Assembly (NCBI GenBank): GCA_005791875.1
Contig: SXTU01000249.1
Coordinates: 380 to 64,379, forward strand
Reading direction: 5' to 3'
Length of the DNA: 64,000 nt
DNA from: Verrucomicrobiales bacterium
GTDB lineage: Bacteria > Verrucomicrobiota > Verrucomicrobiia > Limisphaerales > SXTU01
Position 1 is the stretch's first letter. Each line of letters starts with the position of its first letter. The notes beneath the pieces are model-generated. The model did not search any database. It was not told the origin of the DNA and saw only the letters and a list, made by a program, of their open reading frames with translations. Of the stretch, positions 8,050 through 16,565 are shown piece after piece. The position numbers and the translations under genes are program-made.

Positions 8050-8690
8050 TTCGCATCCGCCGCCGGCTCCAGCTTCGCGATCACGGCCATGAGCTGGTCG
8101 GCGATTTCCTGGTAGATCACCTTCAATCGCGGCTTGGGGCAGGTCTTGGCCTCCTCGCGCAGCGCCTTGAAATCCATTGGCACCCCATACTTCACCACCA
8201 CGCGACGCGGGCGGGGGATTTTCTGGTGCCGGCTCCACGCCTCGAAGGTGCCGAAGACGCGCACGGGCACCACTGGCGCGTCGGACTTGATGACGGTGAG
8301 GCCGATCCCGGCGCGGGCGGGCTGCAACTGGCCGTCGCTCGTGCGCGTGCCTTCGGGGAAGAGGATGACCGCGCCGCCGTTGAGCAGGCGGTCGAGGATG
8401 CCCTTCAAGCCCGCCGCGCCGCCGCCATCGCGGTCCACGGGCACGACGTTGAGCTGGCGCAAATACCAGCCGAAGCCGGGGAACCGGAAGAGCGTGTCGC
8501 GGGCGAGGTAGTTGATCGGGCGAGGGACGCCACTGCCGATGAGCGGAGGGTCGAGGTAGCTGGCGTGATTCGCCGCGAGGATGACGGGGCCGGTGAGCGG
8601 GACGCGCTCGGGATTCAAGACGTGCCACCGGTGCCAGAGCGCGAAGTAGGCGCGTGCGGCCAGCCAGGTGACGCGATAGACGGGCTTCAC
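8046..8690 (-). CDS. plsC: 1-acyl-sn-glycerol-3-phosphate acyltransferase
   Basis: NHASYLDPP and FPEGTRT acyltransferase motifs. GTG start (cac 8688-8690) is preferred because the ORF extension to ATG 8786 is encoded by a heptamer-repeat hairpin arm. The start is uncertain. Confidence 0.85.
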   Translation of the reverse strand: MKPVYRVTWLAARAYFALWHRWHVLNPERVPLTGPVILAANHASYLDPPLIGSGVPRPINYLARDTLFRFPGFGWYLRQLNVVPVDRDGGGAAGLKGILDRLLNGGAVILFPEGTRTSDGQLQPARAGIGLTVIKSDAPVVPVRVFGTFEAWSRHQKIPRPRRVVVKYGVPMDFKALREEAKTCPKPRLKVIYQEIADQLMAVIAKLEPAADAK

Positions 8691-8700
8691 TGGGGGAAAA

Positions 8701-8836
8701 TGTCCAAGGCCCAATGTCCAATGACCAATGAATGACCAAGCCCGAATGACCAAGCCGCCCAACGCACCAGCGCACCGCCTGGGCATTGCGTCATTGGGCG
8801 TTTTTTGGGCATTGGGAATTGGCCATTGGTCATTCC
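8701..8836. repeat. heptamer-arm inverted repeat (unit CCAATGA / TCATTGG)
   Basis: Left arm tgtccaaggcccaatgtccaatgaccaatgaatgaccaag. Right arm gggcattgggaattggccattggtcattcc. aatgaccaatg pairs with cattggtcatt. Confidence 0.75.
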
Positions 8837-8838
8837 AC

Positions 8839-9519
8839 TCACGCCACTGGTTTGAGCGGCTTCAGGCCGTTCGCCTTCCGCCGCTGGTTGATTTCCTCGA
8901 CCATGATGTCGCACGTCTGCTGCACGACCTGGTGCGAGTTGTCTATGATCATCGCACCGAGCGAAGGCATCAGCGGCGAGTGGGCGCGCTGGCTGTCGCG
9001 CTTGTCGCGCGCGTGGACATCCTCCTTCACGCCATCGCGTTCGCGGCGGGTCTTGCGGACCTCGGGGCTGGCATCGAGGAAGAACTTGTAGTCGGTCTCC
9101 GGGAAGATGTTCGAGCCGATGTCGCGGCCCTCCATGACGAGGCTGCCGAACTGGAGGCACTCGCGCTGCTTCGCCTTCATCCAGTCGCGGACGAACCGAA
9201 TCTGCGCGACGTGCGCGACGGCGGCGCTGGCCTCGGAGGTGCGGATTTCCTGCGCGGGATAATAGCCGTCCACCAGCAGGCGCACATGGGCATCGGCAAC
9301 GACGAGCGAGGTCTTCCACTTCCGGCAGAGCGCGGCGACCTTCTTGTCGTCGTTCACATCCACCTTCATGCGGAGGCAATGCCACGCGAGCGTGCGATAC
9401 ATCGCGCCGGTATCCACGGTGAGCAGGCCGAGCATCTGCGCGAGGCGACGGGAGGTGACGCCCTTGCCGCTGGCGCTGGGCCCGTCAATGGCGATGACGT
9501 AGGGTTTGGTGTGGGGCAT
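8839..9519 (-). CDS. cmk: cytidylate kinase
   Basis: 226 aa. P-loop IAIDGPSASGKGV, with TVDTGAMYR following. Confidence 0.92.
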   Translation of the reverse strand: MPHTKPYVIAIDGPSASGKGVTSRRLAQMLGLLTVDTGAMYRTLAWHCLRMKVDVNDDKKVAALCRKWKTSLVVADAHVRLLVDGYYPAQEIRTSEASAAVAHVAQIRFVRDWMKAKQRECLQFGSLVMEGRDIGSNIFPETDYKFFLDASPEVRKTRRERDGVKEDVHARDKRDSQRAHSPLMPSLGAMIIDNSHQVVQQTCDIMVEEINQRRKANGLKPLKPVA

Positions 9520-9536
9520 GGGATTTTAACGCCGAA

Positions 9537-11012
9537 TCAGTCAGCAAAAAGCTCCTCCACTGCGAGATTTCGCCCGGTGGCGGCGTCGCGGATTTCAGCA
9601 CCGAGGCCGTGGGGGGGCGGGGTGGCGAGCTTCTGGAAAAAGTTGGGAAAGGTCTTCTTCACGCAGGCGGGATTCTTGATTTTGATGCCGCGCACTTTCA
9701 AGCCGAGAACCGCGAAACACATCGCCATGCGATGGTCGTCGTAGGTTTCGATTTCCGCTCCGTGGAGCGCAGAGGGGAAAACCGTGAGCGTGTCGCCCTC
9801 CTCGATGACCTTAGCGCCGCACTTGGTCAACTCCGTCCGCAACGCGACGACGCGCTCGCATTCCTGCACACGCAGACGGCCAAGGTCGGTGAAGCGGATA
9901 CGTTCACTCCCTAGTGAAGCAGTGACTATCGCGGTCATGATGCTGTCACCTAGGTCGCCAATCCGTGAAATCGCTTTAACACCGTTCTGAGCGTCGTGCT
10001 GCTCCTGCCATTCGTGCTGCTCCCGCTCCACTCGTTCGCGCCAGCCCTTACCATACAGTTCTGCAGCCTCCTTCACCGCTGCGATCATCTCGTCCGAGGT
10101 CTGCGAATGGTGGGCTGCCAATAGTGGGATGTGTTCCGGAAACCGTGCGTCAATCTGCCAAGCTGCATTTGGCCAATCCGCAACTGTGACTGTGGTGCCC
10201 GTGCCGAGACCTATGGCGAAGCGCCCATCAAGACAATGTGGCACGAGCGACAACACCAAGCCCGCCGCCCAAAAATAACTCCCGCTCGACGCGTCCGGCT
10301 CGATTTGAAAGTCACCGCCCTTGGCCGGGAAGACCTTCACCAGCTCGCGGGTCATGTCCACGTAGGGCGTCTCGTCCTCGTTCGCACCGGTGATTTCCAC
10401 CTGCCACCCGCCCACGCCACCGGCGAGCAAGAGTGCGGAGGCGAACTGCGAGCTTTCCGTGACGCTGACCCGGCAATTTTTGATTTTTGATTTTTGATTT
10501 TTGATTTCACCGAAGATGCGCGCGGGCAGCTTGTCGTCAGCGCGCTCGCTCTCCACGCGGTAGCCCAGCTCGCGCAACGCGGCGAAGAGCGCGGCTTGCG
10601 GGCGCTCGTGCATCCGGGGCACGCCGCTGAGGCGATACACGCCGTCGCCGAGGCAGACCATCGCGGCGAGGAAGCGCGCCGCCGTGCCCGCGTTGCCGAC
10701 GAAGAGTTCCAGCGGTTGCGCTGCCGTGCCCGCACGCGGGAGACGTCCACCGAGGCCGTCCACGGTGATGGTGCGGTTCGCGGACTCGGCGGGGTCGGGC
10801 TGCACGTCCACGATGAAGCCGAGCGCGCGGAGGCAGTCGGTCATCACCTGCGTGTCCTCGCTCCAGAGCGCGCCACGCAACGTGGTGCGCCCGTCGGCCA
10901 GCGCGGCGAGGATGAGGGCGCGGTTGGTGATGCTCTTGGAGCCGGGCACGGTGATTTCCGCGCGCACGGGGGACGTGAGCGGGATGATCTCGATGAGCGG
11001 CGGCAGCGGCAC
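9537..11012 (-). CDS. aroA: 3-phosphoshikimate 1-carboxyvinyltransferase (EPSP synthase)
   Basis: 491 aa. PGSKSITNRALILAALA, LFVGNAGTAARFL, DASSGSYFWAAG and DDHRMAMCFAVLGL motifs. About 50-60 aa longer than typical because of inserts (see findings). Confidence 0.92.
   Translation of the reverse strand: MPLPPLIEIIPLTSPVRAEITVPGSKSITNRALILAALADGRTTLRGALWSEDTQVMTDCLRALGFIVDVQPDPAESANRTITVDGLGGRLPRAGTAAQPLELFVGNAGTAARFLAAMVCLGDGVYRLSGVPRMHERPQAALFAALRELGYRVESERADDKLPARIFGEIKNQKSKIKNCRVSVTESSQFASALLLAGGVGGWQVEITGANEDETPYVDMTRELVKVFPAKGGDFQIEPDASSGSYFWAAGLVLSLVPHCLDGRFAIGLGTGTTVTVADWPNAAWQIDARFPEHIPLLAAHHSQTSDEMIAAVKEAAELYGKGWRERVEREQHEWQEQHDAQNGVKAISRIGDLGDSIMTAIVTASLGSERIRFTDLGRLRVQECERVVALRTELTKCGAKVIEEGDTLTVFPSALHGAEIETYDDHRMAMCFAVLGLKVRGIKIKNPACVKKTFPNFFQKLATPPPHGLGAEIRDAATGRNLAVEELFAD
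10477..10507. repeat. heptamer tandem array (TTTTTGA x4 + partial) inside aroA
   Basis: Counted base by base: t5-g-a repeated four times (10477-10504), then ttt. Encodes EIKNQKSKIKN on the minus strand. Confidence 0.9.
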
Positions 11013-11022
11013 AGCGGGGAAA

Positions 11023-11050
11023 GTGATTAGTGAGGAGTGATTAGTAAATA
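11023..11050. repeat. heptamer tandem array (GTGATTA-like x4), no partner arm seen
   Basis: gtgatta gtgagga gtgatta gtaaata, directly upstream of the aroA start. Confidence 0.6.
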
Positions 11051-11111
11051 GGGAAGAGCCTTTTGGAGCTCATTCCGACCACGGGAAACTCCCCCCCCCT
11101 GCCTGTCACAA

Positions 11112-12560
11112 CTATCCCCGCAGAATCTCGCCCACGAGCCGCGCGTTTTGGCCGTCCACGAGGGACATCTCAGTGCCATTGCGCTTGAAGACGAGCTGCT
11201 TGTAGTCGAGGCCGAAGAGGTTCAATAGCGTGGCGTGGTAATCGTAGTGGTTCACGATGTCCTTCACCGCGTGGTGGCCGAATTCGTCCGTCTCGCCATA
11301 GGTGATGCCGTTCTTGAAGCCGCCGCCAGCGACCCACATCGAGAAGCCGTAGGTGTTGTGGTCGCGACCCACCTTCGCCGGGCCGGTGTCGTTCTGGATG
11401 ACCGGCAGGCGCCCCATCTCGCCGCCCCAGTGGACTACCGTTGAGTCGAGCAGTCCGCGCGCCTTGAGGTCGGTAACGAGGCCGGCAGAACCTTTATCAA
11501 TGTATTTGCAGGCCGCCGGCAGGCCGGTGCGGATGCTGCCATGGTGGTCCCAAGTTTGGTTGCCGGTGTAGAGCTGCACGAAGCGCACGCCTCGCTCCAC
11601 CAGCCGCCGCGCGATCAGGCAGCGTGTGCCGAACTCCGCCGTCGCCGGCACATCAATGCCGTAGAGCGCCTTGGTCGCCGCGCTCTCGCCGGTGATGTCC
11701 ATCGCCTCCTTTGCGGCGGTCTGCATCTTCGCGGCCAGCTCGTAGCTCGCGATGCGCGCCTGCAAATCGGTCTCGCCCGGATGCTCGCGGAGATGCTGCG
11801 CGTTTAGCTTGTCGAGGAAGGAAAGGTAGTTCTCCTGGGCCGTGCCGCGCAGGTGCGGAGGCGGGTCGAGGTTTGGAATGCGCGGCTCTTTGGAGCGGAC
11901 GGCGGTGCCTTGGAAGAGCGAGGGCAGCCAGCCGTTTTCCCAGTTCGCCACGCCCAGCACCGGCAGCCCGCGCGGGTCGGTGAGCGCCATGAACGCCGGG
12001 AGGTTGCTCGTCTCCGAACCCAGCGCGTAAGTAAGCCAGCTCCCGAGCGTGGGGCGGCCGCCGAGCACGCGGCCGTTCTGCAACGCGTAGATGGACTGGC
12101 CGTGGTTGTTCACGCCCGTGTGCATGCCGCGCAGCAGGCAGACATCGTCCACGATGCCGGCGAAGTGCGGCAGCAGCTCGCTGACCTCGGTGCCGCACTG
12201 GCCGTGCTTCTGGAACTTCCACGGGCTGGCGAGGACCTTCGGGCTTGCCTGCGCGGCGTTGTCGAACTTGATTTCGCCGGGGAACTTCTGGCCGTCCAGC
12301 TTGTCGAGCGCGGGCTTGGGGTCGAACAAATCCATGTGGCTCGGCCCGCCCTGCATGAACATGGAAATCATCGCCTTCGCGCGCGGTTCGAAGTGCGGAC
12401 GCCTCGGCAGCAGGTCGAAGCTCTTCGGGTCGAGGTCGGGCTTGGGCGGGCTGGCGAGCAGGTTGTCCTGCTTCAGCAGGCACGCGAGCGCGACGGAGCC
12501 GAGGCCGAAGCCGGACTGCGCCAGGAAGTGGCGGCGGGAGTTGCAGGCAGTGCTGGTCAT
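11112..12560 (-). CDS. DUF1501 domain-containing (sulfatase-fold) Tat-exported protein
   Basis: 482 aa. Tat motif SRRHFLAQSGFGLG. The overall pattern (PSHMDLFDPKP, GRDHN) is remembered from Planctomycetes/Verrucomicrobia DUF1501 proteins. Confidence 0.8.
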   Translation of the reverse strand: MTSTACNSRRHFLAQSGFGLGSVALACLLKQDNLLASPPKPDLDPKSFDLLPRRPHFEPRAKAMISMFMQGGPSHMDLFDPKPALDKLDGQKFPGEIKFDNAAQASPKVLASPWKFQKHGQCGTEVSELLPHFAGIVDDVCLLRGMHTGVNNHGQSIYALQNGRVLGGRPTLGSWLTYALGSETSNLPAFMALTDPRGLPVLGVANWENGWLPSLFQGTAVRSKEPRIPNLDPPPHLRGTAQENYLSFLDKLNAQHLREHPGETDLQARIASYELAAKMQTAAKEAMDITGESAATKALYGIDVPATAEFGTRCLIARRLVERGVRFVQLYTGNQTWDHHGSIRTGLPAACKYIDKGSAGLVTDLKARGLLDSTVVHWGGEMGRLPVIQNDTGPAKVGRDHNTYGFSMWVAGGGFKNGITYGETDEFGHHAVKDIVNHYDYHATLLNLFGLDYKQLVFKRNGTEMSLVDGQNARLVGEILRG

Positions 12561-12684
12561 GGACGTTGCGGAATCAGACCGCCGTTGCCCTCCCGTGCTT
12601 CAAGGGAAGCAAGGCTTCGGGCATGTCCACGCGCCCGGTGGCCCGCTTGCCTTTTGAAGGTGTTTCCCTATCGTCCGCCAACCT

Positions 12685-15480
12685 GTGCCGAGTCTCGCGG
12701 AGAAAATTCAAGCAAGCGCCCTCAAGCGCCTCACGCTGCCGCCTGGCCGCCTGCCAGCGCGCGAGCTGCCGCGATTCAAGCAGTTCCTCAAGATCGAGAC
12801 CGCGCGCCTCAAGATGCTGCATCGCGCCGGCGGCGGCGGGCGCGAGGTTTGCGACGCGCGCACGGTCGTGCTCGACGCGTTGCACCGCCACATCCTTGCC
12901 GCTCTCGTCAACACGCTGCCGGAGGAAACCCGCCGCAGCCTGCCGCGCTACGCGCTCATCGCCATCGGCGGCTACGGTCGCGGCGAGCTGAACCCGCAAA
13001 GCGACATTGACATTCTCCTGCTGCACAGCGGCGACACCGCCGCCGCCGCGCGCGGGCGCGTGCATCCCTTCATCAAGCTGCTCACCGAGCCGGACGGGCT
13101 GCTCTACACGCTCTTCGACCTCGGGCTGAAAGTGGGCTACTCCGTCCGCACGATTGACGACTGCGTGTCGGCGGCGAACGAGAACATCCAGTCCAAGACA
13201 TCGCTCATCGAGGCGCGACTGCTCTGCGGGGATGAGGCGTTGTTTAACGAGATGCAGGCAGTCGTGCTCGCCCGCTGCGTGCGCGGCCATGAGGAGGCTT
13301 ACATCGCGGCGCGCCTCGCGGACCAAGAGACGCGCCGGCAGAAGTTCGGCAACACGGCGCTCATGCAGGAACCGAACATCAAGAACGGCTGCGGTGGCTT
13401 GCGCGATTACCAGAACCTTCTGTGGATGGCGTTCTTCACCAAAGACCGCCCGCGCAATCTCACCGACTTGAAGGCGAAGGGATTCATCAGCGACGCCGAG
13501 CGCCGGCAACTCGACGCCGCCTACGACTTCCTCCTGCGTTCGCGCAACGAGCTTCACTACCACACCAACCGCGCCGGCGACGTGCTCACCAAAAGCGTCC
13601 AGCCCGCCGTCGCGCACAGCCTCGGCTATACCGACCGCTCGCCCGCTCGCCGGCTCGAGCAATTCATGCGCGACTACTACCTGCACGCGCGCTCGATCGA
13701 CATGATTACGCGCACGGTGGAGCGCCGCCTCGCGCTGCTGCCTAAGCCCGTGCGGATGCCCTTCCTCTCCAAGCTCCTGCCCGGTCGCCGCAAGCAACCC
13801 GCTCCCGAGGTGGACGGCTTCCGCCTCGTGGAGGGCGAGCTTCTGCACACCTCGCCACGCGTTTTTCGCGACGACCCGTGTCGCCTCATGCGCGTGTTTC
13901 TCTACGCGCAGCAGCGCGGCGCGAAACTGCATCCCGACACCGCGCAACTTCTCCGCAACGAACTGCGGCTCGTCGACTCGGCTTTTCTCAAGAACGACCA
14001 CGTCCACGAGAGCTTCCGCGAAATTCTCGGCCAGCGCGGCAACGTCGCCCCCGCTCTTCGTGCCATGCACGAGGTGGATTTTCTCGGCAAATATCTCCCC
14101 GAGTTCGGCAAACTCACCTGCCTCGTTCAGCACGAGTTCTTCCACCTCTACACCGCCGACGAGCACACGCTAATGTGCCTCCAGCGGCTCGATGACATCT
14201 GGGGCGGGCGCGTCCCGAACGCCGCGCCGTATCAGGAGGTGTTCCAGAAAATCGAGCGTCCCTTCGTCCTCTACCTCGCGCTGCTCCTGCACGACGCAGG
14301 AAAATCCATGCACAGCGGCCAGCACGAGCTGGACAGCGCGCGCATGGCCGGGCGCGTCGCACGCCGACTTCAGCTCGACGGCTCCACGACGCACATCCTG
14401 CGCCTGCTCGTCGAGCATCACCTCGCCATCGTTCAAATTTCCCAGCGCCGCGACCTCGACGACCCGGCCGTGGTCCGCTACTTCGCCGCGCTCGTGGAGA
14501 CGCCGGAGAACTTGAACAAGCTCACGCTCCACACGCTGGCGGACTCGTTGGGCACGAGTGACAAGCTCTGGAACGGCTTCAAGGACACGCTGCTCTGGAC
14601 CCTCTACCACAAGACATTTGCTGAACTGACCGGCGCGACCGTCTTCCTCCGCGCGGAGGAAAAGCAGCGCAAACTTCTCCTCGCCGAAGTCGTGCGCCTG
14701 CTCCCCCGTGCGGTTCAACTGGGCGAGGCGCAAGCCCACTTCGGCACCTTGCCGCCGCGCTACTTCCTCATCCACGCCGCGCCGGAAATCGTCGCCGACC
14801 TCGCGCTCACGAACCGCTTCATGCGCAGCCTTCTCAGCAACGATCCGGACGTCTCGCTTGCGCCCGCCATCGAGTGGAAGGACGAGCCGGACCGCGGTTG
14901 CTCGCGCGTGACGGTCTGCACTTGGGACCGCGCAGGCCTGTTCGGAAAACTCGCCGGCTCGTTCACCAGCGCAGGGCTGAACATCCTCAGCGCGCAGATT
15001 TTCACGCGCACCGACCGTGTCGTGCTGGACACGTTCCACGTGACCAGCGGGCGCACTGGCGTCCTTGCTGCGCAGGAGGAGAAGGAGCAGTTCAACCAGT
15101 TACTCAGCAAGTCACTCATCGGCCACGTGGACTTCGACCCTCTCATCGCAAAGCAAAAAGTAGCGAACCCGCTTTACCAGTCGCTCGAAGGCGAACGCAT
15201 CGCGACGGAAATAGTCTTCGACAACGCGACCTCCGAGCGCTGCACCGTGATTGACGTCCAGGCGGAGGACCGCGTGGGCCTGCTCTACACACTGTCGCAG
15301 ACGTTGAGCGAACTTAACCTCGACATCTCTGTGGCGAAAATCAGCACCGAGAAAGGCGCAGCAACGGACAGCTTCTACGTGACCGAGCAGACCGGCGAGA
15401 AGCTCATCTTGCCCCACCGTCGGCACGCCATCGAGTCCCGCCTCCGCACCGCGCTGCTGAACTACGACACGCGGGCGTAG
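12685..15480 (+). CDS. glnD: [protein-PII] uridylyltransferase / uridylyl-removing enzyme
   Basis: 931 aa, GTG start. Nucleotidyltransferase GGYGRGELNPQSDIDILLL, HD domain LLLHDAGK, two C-terminal ACT-like domains. Confidence 0.92.
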   Translation: MPSLAEKIQASALKRLTLPPGRLPARELPRFKQFLKIETARLKMLHRAGGGGREVCDARTVVLDALHRHILAALVNTLPEETRRSLPRYALIAIGGYGRGELNPQSDIDILLLHSGDTAAAARGRVHPFIKLLTEPDGLLYTLFDLGLKVGYSVRTIDDCVSAANENIQSKTSLIEARLLCGDEALFNEMQAVVLARCVRGHEEAYIAARLADQETRRQKFGNTALMQEPNIKNGCGGLRDYQNLLWMAFFTKDRPRNLTDLKAKGFISDAERRQLDAAYDFLLRSRNELHYHTNRAGDVLTKSVQPAVAHSLGYTDRSPARRLEQFMRDYYLHARSIDMITRTVERRLALLPKPVRMPFLSKLLPGRRKQPAPEVDGFRLVEGELLHTSPRVFRDDPCRLMRVFLYAQQRGAKLHPDTAQLLRNELRLVDSAFLKNDHVHESFREILGQRGNVAPALRAMHEVDFLGKYLPEFGKLTCLVQHEFFHLYTADEHTLMCLQRLDDIWGGRVPNAAPYQEVFQKIERPFVLYLALLLHDAGKSMHSGQHELDSARMAGRVARRLQLDGSTTHILRLLVEHHLAIVQISQRRDLDDPAVVRYFAALVETPENLNKLTLHTLADSLGTSDKLWNGFKDTLLWTLYHKTFAELTGATVFLRAEEKQRKLLLAEVVRLLPRAVQLGEAQAHFGTLPPRYFLIHAAPEIVADLALTNRFMRSLLSNDPDVSLAPAIEWKDEPDRGCSRVTVCTWDRAGLFGKLAGSFTSAGLNILSAQIFTRTDRVVLDTFHVTSGRTGVLAAQEEKEQFNQLLSKSLIGHVDFDPLIAKQKVANPLYQSLEGERIATEIVFDNATSERCTVIDVQAEDRVGLLYTLSQTLSELNLDISVAKISTEKGAATDSFYVTEQTGEKLILPHRRHAIESRLRTALLNYDTRA

Positions 15481-15504
15481 TCGCAGGCTGAAGCCTGCGA
15501 CTAC
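15477..15504. terminator. perfect 12-bp-stem palindrome (REP family H) shared by convergent glnD and arsS, likely bidirectional terminator
   Basis: GTAGTCGCAGGC-tgaa-GCCTGCGACTAC. The left arm holds the glnD TAG (15478-15480) and the right arm the arsS TAG (cta 15501-15503). Confidence 0.6.
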
Positions 15505-16445
15505 GCCAGCACGCCGCCGCAACTGCTGCCCGCGCCCGCCGTGCAGGCCAGGCAGTGGTCGCTCGTGAGAATTTCCCGATCTGCGAGCGCGCCGGGCGTC
15601 ACGTCCCAGAGGAAGATCGGTTGGCTGTTTCGCAGCTGCATCCCGAGCATCTGGTTAAAGTCGCAGTCGTAGAGTTCGCCGCGCCAACCGACGCTCAACG
15701 TGCTCCGGCACATGAGGCCGCTGATCGTCGCGGGGTTGAAAGCGCTGGCGAGCAACTCCAAGTAGGCGTCCCACTCGCCGCGCGTGCGCAAGTCCTCCGC
15801 GAAGCGCGCGATGGGCTGGTTCGTAATCGTGAACAGGCCGGTGAACTCGATGCCAAAGCGGGCGCGAAGCTCGGTTTTGTAATCGGCCTCCAACTTGGCT
15901 TGTGGCGGCGGGAGCGTCGGGCCGAGCGGGTTGTAAACCAAGTTCAGCGGCAGGCGTATGCCGTAGCCGACCGCGTTGAGCTTGCGCAGGGCGCGGATGC
16001 TCTTCTCAAACACGCCGTCGCCGCGCTGCGCGTTCACGTTCTCCTCCAAGTAGCACGGCAGCGAGGCGATGACTTCCACTTCGTTCGCCGCGAGAAACTC
16101 CGGCAGCCAGCCGAAGGACTCGGTCTCGATGATGGTGAGGTTGTTGCGGTCAATGACTTGGCAGCCGCACGCGCGCGCGGTCTCGACGAGGAAGCGGAAG
16201 TGCTCGCTCAACTCCGGTGCGCCCCCGGTGAGGTCCACGACGGCAGGCCGGTGCGCGCGAATCCACTCGGCGACGCGCTGGGCGGTGGGCAAGTCCATCA
16301 TCTCCGTGCGCCACGGCGCGGCGTCCACATGGCAGTGGCGGCACGTCTGGTTGCACTTGCGCCCGACGTTGACTTGGAGCGTGTGCAGCGGGGCGCGGCG
16401 CAACGTGAGTCCGTGGCGGGAGAGCTGTTGGGTGAAGTGGGTCAT
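15501..16445 (-). CDS. arsS: radical SAM / Cys-rich domain protein (ArsS-type)
   Basis: 314 aa. CNQTCRHC radical-SAM cluster motif and C-terminal Cys-rich tail DHCLACTAGAGSSCGG. Resembles the ArsS/TIGR04167-type family from memory. Confidence 0.65.
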   Translation of the reverse strand: MTHFTQQLSRHGLTLRRAPLHTLQVNVGRKCNQTCRHCHVDAAPWRTEMMDLPTAQRVAEWIRAHRPAVVDLTGGAPELSEHFRFLVETARACGCQVIDRNNLTIIETESFGWLPEFLAANEVEVIASLPCYLEENVNAQRGDGVFEKSIRALRKLNAVGYGIRLPLNLVYNPLGPTLPPPQAKLEADYKTELRARFGIEFTGLFTITNQPIARFAEDLRTRGEWDAYLELLASAFNPATISGLMCRSTLSVGWRGELYDCDFNQMLGMQLRNSQPIFLWDVTPGALADREILTSDHCLACTAGAGSSCGGVLA

Positions 16446-16461
16446 GGCACGAAACGCAATT

Positions 16462-16551
16462 CAGCCACGGATGAAGCACGGATTGAACACGGAGGGCGGG
16501 AAGGGCAAAGGCTGTAGTTTTCCGTGTGCTGGCCGTATTTCATCCGTGGCT
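16462..16551. repeat. REP family F long hairpin (CAGCCACGGATGAAGCACGGATTGAACACGGA ... TCCGTGTGCTGGCCGTATTTCATCCGTGGCT)
   Basis: Imperfect inverted repeat between the response-regulator gene stop (16566) and the arsS start (16445). Confidence 0.75.
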
Positions 16552-16565
16552 AAAAATGCCGGCGC

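Noticed and set aside
10477-10507. Whether the short tandem repeats or repeated palindromes could be a CRISPR array.
   Set aside because: The units are 7 nt with no spacers, and the REP copies are dispersed singly or in pairs rather than regularly spaced. No cas genes are present.
16441-16460. Sigma-54-like TGGCAC-N5 motif at the arsS start (tggcacgaaacgcaat).
   Set aside because: The downstream element is GCAAT rather than TTGC, and it lies on the wrong strand relative to any gene start.
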